A DNA stretch of 64,000 bases from Callorhinchus milii (taxonomy: Eukaryota), in NCBI RefSeq assembly GCF_018977255.1, contig NW_024704772.1, forward strand, positions 1,612,001 to 1,676,000. The letters are read 5' to 3'. Position numbers and translations under genes: made by a program. Position 1 is the first letter of the stretch. Each line of letters starts with the position of its first letter. Under the pieces are notes generated by a model. That model searched no databases, was not told the DNA's origin, and was given only the letters and a program-made list of their open reading frames with translations. Of the stretch, positions 40,380-52,051 are shown one piece after another.

Positions 40380-40900
40380 ACTCCGGTGTCGTCCCCTCTG
40401 AGAGACGGCGCTGCGCTGTTGTAGCGGCGGCGCGGACCTGATTGAGGACCGCGGCTCTCGGCACTTCCAGAGAGCGGAGAAATGGCGAAGTTCCGCTTCC
40501 ATCTGTGTTTGTTGCCCTCCGTGTCCGGCCCTCGGGGGCCCCGCCCGGGCCGCGTCCGGCCCGCCCGGCCCCGCCCCCGCCCGGCCCGCTCCCCGGGCCC
40601 CCCCCCCGGCCCGGCCCCGGGGCCCCCGGACCCCGGCAACCGGGGGACCGACCCGAAAACCCGACCGGACCCGCCGGACCCGCGCCGACGTTTGCCACTT
40701 CGGGGCGGGCGGCGGCCGCGGGCGGCGGCGGAGGGGACCGGGGGCGGGCGGGGCGGGGGGGGCCATCCCCGGGCTCGGGCCCGGCCCGGGCGGGGGGTCC
40801 CCCGGGGGCGCGGGGGCCCCGGGGTCCCGCTCCGAAGGAGAGCAACTAACACAGGAACCCGTGCGCTCCGCCATCGTGACGTGCCTTCCCCGCTCCGCGC
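40380..40900 (-). promoter_or_regulatory. H1.0 promoter CpG island with H4 box, H1 box and CRE-like upstream element
   Basis: On the minus strand: GGTCCTCAATCAGGTCCG (histone H4 site II / H4 box) 40433-40450 and AAACACA H1 box 40504-40510; CRE-like TGACGT at 40877-40882. The H1 box plus H4 box combination is characteristic of H1.0 promoters. Confidence 0.8.
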
Positions 40901-41469
40901 TCGGGGGGGGTGGGGGGGGGGGGGGGCGGTGGGGGGGGTAAACGCTCCGAGGGGGGGTTATTTTGGGGGGGGGGTGGTTGGGGAGGGGGGTCGCTTCACA
41001 CCCGCGGGTGCAACCCCCCCCCCTCCCTCCTCCCTCCCTCCCCGCCACCCCTAGTGTGTGTGGGGGGGGGGGAGAGTGGGGGGGCTTTGCTGTCCGGGCA
41101 CAGCGGGCAAGGCTTTGGGGGGGTCGGGGAACCCCCCCCTCCCCCACACACCGGTCTCCCCACAGATGGGGTTACCCCCCACACAAAAAAACACCCCCCA
41201 CCCCCCCCCCCCGGACACACACACACACACACACTCTCCCTCTCAACTTGTGCCCCTCTTGCTCTCCCCCCCTCCCCTCCCCCTCTCCCCCCCACTAGAC
41301 TTTTATTTGCACCCCCTTTTCTTTCTGCCCGCACTTCACCCCCAACCCCCTCTCTTCCCCCCCCCCCTCCAAGGCTTTGGGGGTAATCCCTCTGGAGTCA
41401 AGTCAGTCGACATTTGAACTGGATTTTCGATTGTTTTCCAGGGGTTTGGGGGAGAGGGGGGGGGGAGAG

Positions 41470-41680
41470 GGGGGGAGGGGTTTGGGGGGCAAAGGGAAAG
41501 GGGTGAGTTGTTGGAGGGGGGAGGGGTTTGGGGGGAAAGGGAAAGGGGGTGAGTTGTTGGAGGGGGGAAGGGGTTTGGGGGGCAAAGGGAAAGGGGGTGA
41601 GTTGTTGGAGGGGGGGGAGGGGTTTGGGGGCAAAGGGAAAGGGGGTGAGTTGTTGGAGGGGGGGAAGGGGTTGAGTTGGA
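41470..41680. repeat. ~47-bp G-rich minisatellite x ~4
   Basis: Unit GGGGTTTGGGGGGCAAAGGGAAAGGGGGTGAGTTGTTGGAGGGGGG. Confidence 0.9.
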
Positions 41681-43099
41681 GGGGTGTGGGGGGGAAAGGA
41701 GAGAGGGGGGGGAGTGGGGGGAGAAAAGAGTGGTTTAAACAGAGGGATTTGTTGTGGTGGAAGTGTGTGATAGTGGTTTCAAGAGAGAAGGCGATTTATT
41801 TTAAGGAGAAAGAGAGAGAGAGAGAGAGAGAATAAAGAAGATTTTCTGACTATGATTTAAGAATAAGTGTTTTCGAATTCACGACTGTTGGGGAGACGGA
41901 CCCCCCCCTTCCCCCCAAAAAAAAAGTAAGAGGGAGAGAGAGAGAGAGAGAGAGAGAGATAAGACACACAGCAACAAGAAAAAAACAAGTTTAAAATAAA
42001 AAGGCAAAGTTCAGGTGTTTATGAACAGTCTGAGAGTTACAGACAGATATTGGGGGGAAAAAAAACACAACACACACAGTAACTTAAACCCCTTCTGATC
42101 TCCAGGGAAGAGGGGGGAGAGAGAGAGAGAGATGGGGGGGGTGTGGGGGGGGGGGGGGGGGGGGTGTGGGGGGGGAGAAAGAATAAATCTTATGTCCATT
42201 TCATTCTAAGAGAACACACACACAGGACCCCAGTGAAGAGGAGACAGTAAAGTTGCTATTCGCCATCTTGGATTATTTGTCCTCGACTTTGTTTTAAAAG
42301 GGGGTTTGTGTTGGGAGGGGGTGAGGTGGGGGGGGGGGGGAGAAGGGGGAGAGGAACGACTAACGCACCCCCTGTTACCCCCCCTGTTGAGTGCACAGGA
42401 GACCAGGGGGTGGGGGTGAGGGGGTGAGGGGGGGACAGACGTGCGATGGGGAAAATCTGGACCAACAGAGGACAGCGCTGGTCTCTCTGTGGGAGAGTGG
42501 GGACTGACTGCAGTGCTCCCCCCGGGTTTGCTCGGTTGGCACTCGCCTCCCCCCACAGAGTTGGGCATCACTTGTGCAGTTACTTGAGCTCAGCCCTCAA
42601 TAATGTGCTGAGGTCACACAGAGAATTAAAATTAAATCCCAAATAAAACACTTCCCTCCCTCCCTCTCCCTCTCCCTCTCCCCCTCTCTCTCCCTCTCCC
42701 TCCCACTCAAAAAGACCAGATCGATGTCCTTCTGCTTTACGCCGCCGGTACGAGCGATAAAAGATGGTCACCGCCCGGTCGCCCGCGCTCCAGCCCGAGG
42801 CTGTTTGCGGCGGGGGCTCGGTTGGGCCGCCCCGCGAACGGCGCGGCCGCCCCACTTGGCGGTGCGCATCCCCGGGAAGGGCTTTGAGGGGTCTCGGCGA
42901 CGCGCCGAAAGGCGCTGCGTCAAATGGCGAGGATTGTTATCTTGTTGACAACAAAAAAAGGGAACCGCGCACCAAAACCGGCCGCGGCGATGCGTCCGGC
43001 GCGATTTCTCTGTCGGGCGATCTTCGCCGCCGCCGGTTTTCGCCGCTTAACGTTTCGCGATGAGAAAACGGGCCAAAAAAAAAAAAAAAAGGAGAGGCA

Positions 43100-43630
43100 G
43101 AGCAATGATAACCCTCGCGTTTGACACGGCCGCTTTCCCACGTTCTCGAGACCTCTCAGAGCGCTCCACCGGATGTATTGTGAAGTGAGTCGGCTGCGTA
43201 GTTTGAGGGGTGAAACACAGCGGCTAATTGTGCGCAGCGGCGTCCAACAACCAACAGCCGTGGATTGAAGTGACGAATTATTATCTTTTTGAAAGTACCA
43301 TTACTATAATAACAATAATCCCTGCATTTGGTACAGCGCTTTCCACGTCTTCGAGACGTCTCGAAGCGCTTCACAGAATGAAAATGTAAAGTGGATTGAC
43401 CGCATGTTTGCGGGCGAGACGCGGCAGCCGATTGCGCGCAGCAGCGTCCCCCACAAAACAGCCGCGGATTGAAGTGCCCAATCTATTACTGTCTTTTTCT
43501 CTCGAGGGATTATGATCGGGCTGCGCGTGGAGTGAGGAAACTTGCCCAAGCTCTTGCCCTTGACAGAAATCGAACCCGGATCTTCTGCTTGGGAGGGCGA
43601 GCGCTCTAATCATTAAGCTACAGGACTCCG
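43100..43630 (-). mobile_element. Two tandem SINE family A copies
   Basis: Truncated copy 43100-43300 and near full copy 43305-43630. Confidence 0.8.
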
Positions 43631-44107
43631 CAACACCCTCCTCCCTCCATTACTCCCCCGAAAAAGCAATCCGCCCATCGACTGACAAGCAGGTTCCTTA
43701 CTGCAGGGCAAACAACAACAAACACTTGCGTTCATATTGCGCCCTTCACTCGGGGTAGTATCCCGCGGCACTTAACAGAGGTACATTGAGCGAGGAAACG
43801 TGCCTAAGGTCTCACCCTACCAAGGAATCAGACCCGGGTCCACTCGCTTGCAAAGCGGGGATTATTATTATTATTATTATTAATTTAACTCTTTGCTTCT
43901 GTCCAGTCAAACCCCTGACAAACATATCTTCCCCTTCACATTCATTCCTGCTATGTGTTGGGCAGATAACTCTGCCTCGCCCCCACCCCACCCCCGCCCC
44001 GCCCTCCCCCCACCCAAAAATATGCTGAGTCAAGCTTGGAATACGTTCACCGACAGTGCGTAAGAGGCAGATAAACAGAGGTGGAGAGAGAGAGAGAGAG
44101 AGAGAGA

Positions 44108-44387
44108 GATAACAATTCTTGCGTTCGATATAGCGTCTTATCATGTTGTTGGGACCTCTCAAAGCGCTTCACAGAACACACTGTAAAGTGAATTGACTGT
44201 GTGTATTTGTGGGCGAAATCGGCAGCCAATTGCGCACAGCGGCGTCCCCCGCAAACAGCCGCGGATTGAGCGACCAAAAAAATTTTTTTTTTGAGGGATT
44301 ATTACCCCCGGAAAGCGATCCACCAATCGACTAACCACCAGGTTCCTTGCGAGGCAAGCACACTAACCACTATACCACAGGACTCCC
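44108..44387 (-). mobile_element. SINE family A
   Basis: Consensus core and partial head. Confidence 0.8.
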
Positions 44388-44919
44388 CATAAGAGAGAGA
44401 GAGAGACAGACATTGAATTTCCTCCCCAGGGTTTTTTTTTTTGAGTTTGACACTATTTTCTTAGCATTTTTAGATCTACTTCTTTGATCGTACTTTGGAT
44501 CCTCTTTCCTCTCCCAGCTGTAGCTTCGGTGGCAAACCAGGACTGTCCGGCACCTTAGGACTTCCTACCGACGTGAAAGACGTTGTACAAATGTAAATTT
44601 TGCATTGTGTTGTATTTCAGAGCGCCCAGAAATTATACACATATAAAAAATAATCCTTGCGTTTGGCCCAGCAATGTCTCACAAAAGCGACACGTTAAAC
44701 ATACGTATAAACACAGTAGACTCCTGACAGCACAGGACGTCTCAAAGAGCATCACAGGATTTTACTGCACTTGTCAATCCCTTTAAAGAATATTACTGTT
44801 TGCGGGACACTGCTGCGAGATATTGTAAGCCACGCTTTGCCTACAATATACACAGTCACTACTTTACTATTTCATATTAAAATCCTGTGAAGGGCTTTTG
44901 TCTCTGTGACATTTCTTGC

Positions 44920-45498
44920 ATTGAATTGGGGTTGAGTTGGGGTTGAGTTGGGGAATGTGGAGTTCAGTTGGAGTTGAGTTGGGGAATGTGGGGTTGAGTT
45001 GGGGGGATCTGGAGTTGAGTTGGGGAGTGTAGGGTTGGGGAGTGTGGGATTGAATTGGGGAGTGTGAGCGGGAGTTGGGGAGTGTGGGATTGAGTTGGGG
45101 TATGTGGGGTTAGGGTTGAGTTGGAGGGTGTGGGGTTGAGTTAGGGTTGAGTTGGGGGGTGTGGGTTGGGGTTGATTTGGGGGGGTGGGGTTAAGTGGGG
45201 GAGTGTGGGGTTGAGTTTGGGGGTGTGGTGTTGAAGTTGAGTCAGGGGGGTGTGGGTTTGAGTCGGGGGTTGTGGGGTTGAGTTAAGGTTCAGTTGGGGG
45301 GATGTGGGGTTGAGTTGGGGGGGTGTGGGGTTGAGTCGGGGGTGTGGGGTTGAGGTTGAGTTGGGGGGGTGTGGGGTTGAGTTGGGGGGTGTGGGGTTGA
45401 GTTGGGGGGGTGTGGGGTTGGGTTGTGTGGGGGGGGTGTGGGTGGGGTTGAGTTGGGGGATGTGGGGTTCAGTTTGGGGGTGTGGGGTTGGGGTTGAG
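44920..45498. repeat. Degenerate (GGGGTTGAGTTGGGGGGTGT)n array upstream of GCAT
   Basis: Direct inspection. Confidence 0.9.
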
Positions 45499-45698
45499 TC
45501 CAATCTCAGCCAATAGCAGGTCAGCAGTAGCCACCCCCGGGCACTGATTGGCCCATCCACAGGCAACATGTAGCCCAGTCGCTCGGTGCCCCGCCCCCTC
45601 CCGCTCCAGGCCCCGCCCCCTCCCTCCGGCCCCGCCCCCTCCCCCAGGCCCCGCCCCCTCCCAGTCCCACTGTGGGGGGGAGACACGAGACAGACACG
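45495..45698 (+). promoter_or_regulatory. GCAT proximal promoter
   Basis: CCAAT boxes (~45500, ~45511, inverted ~45547) and four CCCCGCCCC Sp1-type boxes at 45589-45658, directly upstream of the ATG. Confidence 0.65.
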
Positions 45699-47693
45699 AT
45701 GTGGAGTCGCGCTGTGGCTCTCGGTCGCCTCTCTCGGGGGGTCCAGACGCCCAGACGCCCCCACAGTGCCCTCACGCAGCTCAGTGCCGTCCTCCAGGGA
45801 GAGTTGGAGGGTATCCGGGAGGCGGGAACCTGGAAGAACGAGAGGGTCATCGCCTCCAAACAGGGAGCGCGCATCAAAGTGGAGGGCAGAGAGGGAGGTG
45901 AGAGGGGGGGAGGGAGAGGGAGAGGGAGGGAGAGGGGGAAGTGAGTGAGAGANNNNNNNNNNNNNNNNNNNNNNNNNNNNNNNNNNNNNNNNNNNNNNNN
46001 NNNNNNNNNNNNNNNNNNNNNNNNNNNNNNNNNNNNNNNNNNNNNNNNNNNNNNNNNNNNNNNNNNNNNNNNNNNNNNNNNNNNNNNNNGAGAGAGAGGG
46101 AAGTGAGTGAGAGAGGGAGTGAGTGAGTGAGAGAGGGAGTGAGTGAGAGAGAGAGGGAGTGAGTGAGAGAGGGAAGTGTTGAAATGAGACATCTCTGCTT
46201 TTCATTGCTGTTCTTTTTCCTTTCTCCCTCTTTGTGTGTGTGTGTGTGTGTGTGGTGATGAGTGTGGGGTTCCTGCAGCTTCAGACAGAGACACACACAG
46301 AGAGAGAGAGAGAGAGGGACAGAGAGAGAGAGAGAGAGAGAGAGAAGGAGAGAGAGAGAAAAAGAAAGAGAGTGACTGACTCTCTTTTGCAGCTATTATA
46401 GATGTTGTGGAGATCACATTTCAGTTGCTGTTGGGTTTCCCCCTCTCCGCCACCTCCGCGGTTGCATCATTTTTAAATGGCCAAACCGAACCGTCACGTC
46501 ACCGGGTTTGGTTTGCGAGGGGTGGGGAGGGGGGGGGGCGGTGTGTGTGTGTGTGTGGGGGTGTGTGTGTGTGGGGTGGGGTGGTGGGAGGGGGTGGGAA
46601 GAATTCAGAAGTTTTCCCGCTGGTTCGGGGACTGAACCCGGAGAGTTTCGAGTCGGGGCCAACTTTTGTTTTGCCCGTAATAGTCATTGCGTTTGACGCG
46701 GAGCCTCGTTACGCCCTCGAGACGTCGTCAAAGCGCTTCCCCGGGATTGTACTGTGGAGTGGAGTGACCCCGTGTATTTTGCGGGTGAAGTGCGCCCCAG
46801 CGACAGTCCCGCCGACCGGCGTGCAGAGTGACCCCCGAATTATCTGGTCTTACTAAGGGAGTGTTGACCCCTGGAAAGCATTCTCAAATGGACCAACAAC
46901 ACACACACTACACACGCACACGCGCGCGCGCACACATGTACACGCACTCCTACACCCATGTACGTACCTTTCCCAGTCGCGGAGCTTGTGGGGGGGGGGC
47001 GGAGGGGGGTTTAAACCCCGTCTCAGAGAGCTGGCGAGGTCTTTCCATCCCGTCCGGGTACATGAGCAGCACGTTGGGTAGTTTTCCTTCCCCACAGCAA
47101 TGGGGGGAAAATCCTCTGCTCGGGAGTTGGGGATCTTTTAATCCCTTTTTTCCCCCCCCCCAAAAAAAAACAATAACGTGCATTTAAGATGTAGCGCCCT
47201 TCAGGGGAAAGAAAGTAGACGGCTCGAAGCATTTCCCCCTCCGCCGCACACCCGTGTTTTTTTCGCCCACTAAATGCCCAGTCACTGCACTTTGCTGTGT
47301 ATCCCGTTGGAGCGCTTATTTAAGACGTCTCGATGACGTGATAAGGCGCCGGGTCAAACACGAGGATTATTATTATTATTATTATAGTTATTAAGTGCTC
47401 CCCTTCTCCCCCCATCCCTCTCTCTCTCTCTCTCGCTCTATAGAGATTCTGAATTTCTGTGCTAACAATTACCTGGGTCTGTCCAGCCACCCGGAGGTTA
47501 TACGGTCGGGAGTGGAGGCGCTGGAAGAGTATGGAGCGGGGCTGAGTTCCGTGCGTTTCATCTGCGGGACGCAGGTCAGTGAGCCGAGCCGCACGTGGCG
47601 CAGGTGGCGATTTGTGCCCGAGGTGAAGGTTGTCGGCCAGGACACCGGGGGTGGGGGAGAGAGGACACCCTGGGGGAGAATCAGAGCGAGCGC

Positions 47694-47724
<31 letters not shown>

Positions 47725-50420
47725 AACCTCGATTTAACCTCTGGCGCCTACAAAAATGCGACACTCTTCCCACCTCTTTCTCCATTAACCCTCACCCCCC
47801 CCCCCCCCCCCACAGCTTCCCCACCACCACCATCGCCCCGCCAGCCCTCCCCACTCCTTAACCAGCCCTGGGCTGAAGCATCAGCCTGGACAAAAGTGAG
47901 CTCGAGAGCTTCTGAAGTGGGGCGCGGGAGATGGGGCTTGGACCCGCAACCCTTCTGACTCGGAGGCAAGAGTGACTGAGTCGGGGGCTGACACCCCGTT
48001 CGTGTTAGTGTTTAATCGAACCCCCCCCCCCCCCCTAACCTCCCTCCTGTTTTCCAGGTGCCGCACAAGAAGTTGGAGGCAAAGATTGCCAAGTTCCACC
48101 AGAGAGAAGATGCCATTCTCTACGCCAGCTGTTTCGATGCCAATGCGGGGATTTTTGAGGTGAGACGTAGACCCCCCCCAAACATAACACAAACACACAC
48201 ACACACACCCAAACACTAACACCACACATACACTCACACACACGCGCGCACACATACGCACACATCTACATCTCACGCGCGCATACACACACGCGCACAC
48301 ACACGTAACACATATTACCCACCAGTACTCGCAACCCATACACGCGCACACACACACACACACTCACTCCCACACACTCACACACCACTCCAAACACGTA
48401 GTAATAATCCTTGCGTTTGATATTGCCCCATAATCATATCGTCTGACTAACCGGCTACAACCACGTACCTTGCCCATCGAGAGCGCTGTCTGACCAGCTT
48501 TCCCGCCAGCCAAGACCACCCAGATATAACAGGAGCCGAGTGGAAGGTTTCTCCCCCCCCACCACCACCCAGTGACTCCGCTCTCTGTTTCTTGTCCCTG
48601 GTTAAACCTCTCTCTGCTGTTCCCCCTCAGGCCCTCCTGACCCCCGAGGACGCTGTGCTCTCAGACGAGCTGAACCACGCCTCCATCATCGATGGCGTCC
48701 GCCTGTGTAAGGCCAACAAGCTGCGCTATAAACACCTGGACCTGCGGGACCTGGAGAGCAAGCTGCAGGAAAGCCAGGTACACCCGGAAACCCGCCAGCC
48801 TCCGAACCAAACCAGCGTCAGGAGCCTCGGCGCTCAGCCAGGCTGGGAGAGTCTCGCCATCCTCTCGCTCGCCTACAGACTCCTCCACGTCCCCTCGTAC
48901 CTCCCTCCCTCCCTCTCGGACCTCCGTACTCCCCACTCCAATCACCCGCCGCCTCTCCTTGACTGACTCCGGCCTCCTGCCTGTCCCTCGTGCCCTCCGC
49001 TCCACGGTCGGCAGCCGTGCTTTCAGCCGCTACGCCCCGAAAACCTTCTCCCGCAATCCCTCCACCTCGGCCCCCTCCTTCCCTCCCGGATTACGGTCTT
49101 CCGCTGCTGTGAGGGGGCGCCGTGTAAATGCAAGTTGTTATCACCCCCCGGAAAAGTGATCCATCCACCAGTTAAACTAACAGCTGTGGCTCCTACTGAC
49201 TGCGGGTAAATAGGTGTGTGTGCGTGTGGAGAGTAAGCAAAGGGACTGTGTGTTTTTTGAGCTCCGCTCACAGACAACCGCCTCCTGTTTCAGAAACACC
49301 GTCTGCGTCTGATTGTGACTGACGGTGTGTTCTCTATGGACGGTGACATCGCTCCCCTGAGGGGTATCTGTGATCTCGCTGATCAGTACAAGGCCCTGGT
49401 CCTCATCGATGAGTGTCACGCCACCGGCTTCCTGGGCCCTAACGGACGGTGAGGGGACACGCGCGCACACACACACACCCCGCAATCACACGCTCTTGAC
49501 ACACTCCACACGCTGACATGTGGGCAATTGGACACGTATCCTAAATACAGGCAGGCACATGCGCAAATGCTCTGTACATAAATGCGCACACACATATGCA
49601 CACGCACACAAGCACACACGCATATACATATATACACATATACATAATAATAATCCTGGCATTTGACACAGCGCCTCATCACGTCGTCGCGGCGTCTCAA
49701 AGCGCTTCACAGGACACACCGTAAAGTGAATTAACACCCGCTCAGTTGGGGAGGAGTGGGGGTGAGGCTGACACGGTGTGTTTGCTCTGCTCCGGTGCTG
49801 ATGCTGTCAGGGGGACCGATGAGCTCCTGGGTGTGATGGATCGCGTCCACATTGTGAACTCCACCCTGGGGAAGGCGCTGGGCGGAGCGGCAGGTGAGGA
49901 TTGTCAGAGGCAGCGGGAGAGAGAGTGAGCTGGGGGTGGCGTGGGCGGGTGGTTTTGGGGGGGGAAGGGGCCAGGAGGGCTGCCAAGGGCCAGGTGCCCT
50001 ACTTGAGAAACAAGGGGTCGTATAAGGAAATGTTTTCGTGTTTTCCTTTCAGAAACGCGACATATACATTTACGGGAGTGGAGGGAGTGGGCGGGAAGGA
50101 TGAAATGGAGGGAGGGAGGGCGGGAGGGAGGGCCGGATGTGGCCCGCGGGCCGCCGGTTGGACCACCCTGATCTAATGTATGGCTGCCTGTTGTTGTACT
50201 GACCTTGCTGTTGTGGGCACTGTATAAGGTGGTTACACGGTGGGACCTCAAGGGCTGGTGGACCTCCTGCGGCAGCGTTCCAGGCCCTATCTGTTCTCCA
50301 ACACACTGCCCCCACCTGTGGTGGGCTGTGCCTCCAAGGCTCTGGACCTGTTGATGGGCAGCAATGAGATCGCACAGAGCGTGGCCTCCAAAACCCAACG
50401 GTAGGTGTGAGCACAGCACC

Positions 50421-50463
<43 letters not shown>

Positions 50464-52051
50464 AACACACCGACACACATACCAACATATATACCCACCA
50501 CCAACATACATCCTCACACACATCACATGCACACAGACACACACACAAACATACACACACCTGTAAGCACAAACAAACTCTACCTCTTTGCCACCTCCCA
50601 TTCCCTTAGCTCGGGCCCCCACACACACATATATATATATATACATATATACATTATATAGACAGATACACCATTTCTCCCACGAAACACAGTCACTCCA
50701 TTTTACGATACAGCCTGTGAAGCGCTTTGAGACGTCTCGACGCTGTTATACGGCACTGTATCAAAGGCGAGTTGTATTTGTTGTTGATGTAAAGTGCTTT
50801 GAGACTCTCTCTCTCTCTCTCTCTCCTGAAACATGCTCTGTACAGTGTTATTGTGTACCAGTCACTCGTGTGTGTGAACGCGAACGAGGTCCTGGGCCGC
50901 CACCTCGTGGCCGAGAGCCGTAATGACAGTGCGTTTGATCCAATGCCCTGTGTTAAAAAGACAGCGTCTCAAAGTGCTTCGCGGGGCTCACTGTAAAGCG
51001 TAGTGACTGTGTGTGTTTCGCGGGTGAATGTGGATGCCAGCTTCAAGCAATGAGCATTATTGTTATGAGATATTATTCACTGTTGTATTAATGTCTCTCC
51101 CTCTCCTCCTCTTCCCCCCCTCCCACCCCCCCCTCCCACCACCCCTCTCTCCCTCCCCCCAGGTTCCGCAGTAAGATGACGGCTGCAGGCTTCACCATTG
51201 GGGGCAGCGAGCACCCCATCTGTCCTGTGATGTTGGGGGGCGCGCGGCTAGCCTCGGGGATGGCGGAGGATATGCTACAGCGCGGTGAGTCAGCGCCAGA
51301 CGCCGTGTGTGAGTCTGAGTGTGTGTGTGAGAATGTGAGTGTCTGAGTGAGTGAGTTTGTGTGAGTACGAGTGAGTGTGTGTGTGCGAGTGAATGAGTGA
51401 GTGTATGTGAGTGTATATGTGTGAGGGTGTGTGTGAGTGTATATGTGTGAGGGTGTGTGTGAGTGTATATGTGAGGGTGTGTGTGAGTGTATATGTATGA
51501 GGGTGTGTNNNNNNNNNNNNNNNNNNNNNNNNNNNNNNNNNNNNNNNNNNNNNNNNNNNNNNNNNNNNNNNNNNNNNNNNNNNNNNNNNNNNNNNNNNNN
51601 NNNNNNNNNNNNNNNNNNNNNNNNNNNNNNNNNNNNNNNNNNNNNNNNNNNNNNNNNNNNNNNNNNNNNNNNNNNNNNNNNNNNNNNNNNNNNNNNNNNN
51701 NNNNNNNNNNNNNNNNNNNNNNNNNNNNNNNNNNNNNNNNNNNNNNNNNNNNNNNNNNNNNNNNNNNNNNNNNNNNNNNNNNNNNNNNNNNNNNNNNNNN
51801 NNNNNNNNNNNNNNNNNNNNNNNNNNNNNNNNNNNNNNNNNNNNNNNNNNNNNNNNNNNNNNNNATGACCGCCTGTGTCTGTGCCCCTGTGGATTGCAGG
51901 GATCTATGTGATTGGGTTCAGTTTCCCGGTGGTGCCGAAAGGGAAAGCTCGGATCCGGGTGCAGATCTCGGCCTCTCACAGTGAGCAGGACATCGACCGC
52001 TGTGTGGAAGCCTTCGTGGAGGTGGGCCGCCAGCATGGGGTCATCGCGTGA
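45699..52051 (+). CDS. GCAT: 2-amino-3-ketobutyrate CoA ligase, mitochondrial (glycine C-acetyltransferase), 420 aa
   Basis: Exons 45699-45897, 47444-47574, 48058-48159, 48631-48777, 49294-49448, 49811-49893, 50229-50400, 51163-51284, 51900-52051 (1263 nt). Motifs [39 protein letters not shown] (PLP lysine); Arg-rich N-terminal presequence. Confidence 0.97.
48830..49140 (+). mobile_element. L2-type LINE 3' fragment
   Basis: Reads ..[29 protein letters not shown].., typical of the L2 ORF2 C-terminus, and ends in TGTAAATGCAAGTTGTT. Related reverse fragments at ~1640-1860, 16830-17040, 35100-35420 and 60400-60570. Confidence 0.55.

Noticed and set aside
40223-41386. Pro/Gly/Arg-rich ORFs
   Set aside because: Stop-poor CpG island of the H1.0 promoter with no recognisable domain.
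44920-45498. Interstitial telomeric repeat
   Set aside because: Only isolated TTAGGG; the unit is GGGGTTGAGTT-based.
51230-51245. GCAT MLGGAR instead of the usual MLGDAR
   Set aside because: A single substitution inside a G-run; cannot be told from sequencing error and is no evidence of a pseudogene.
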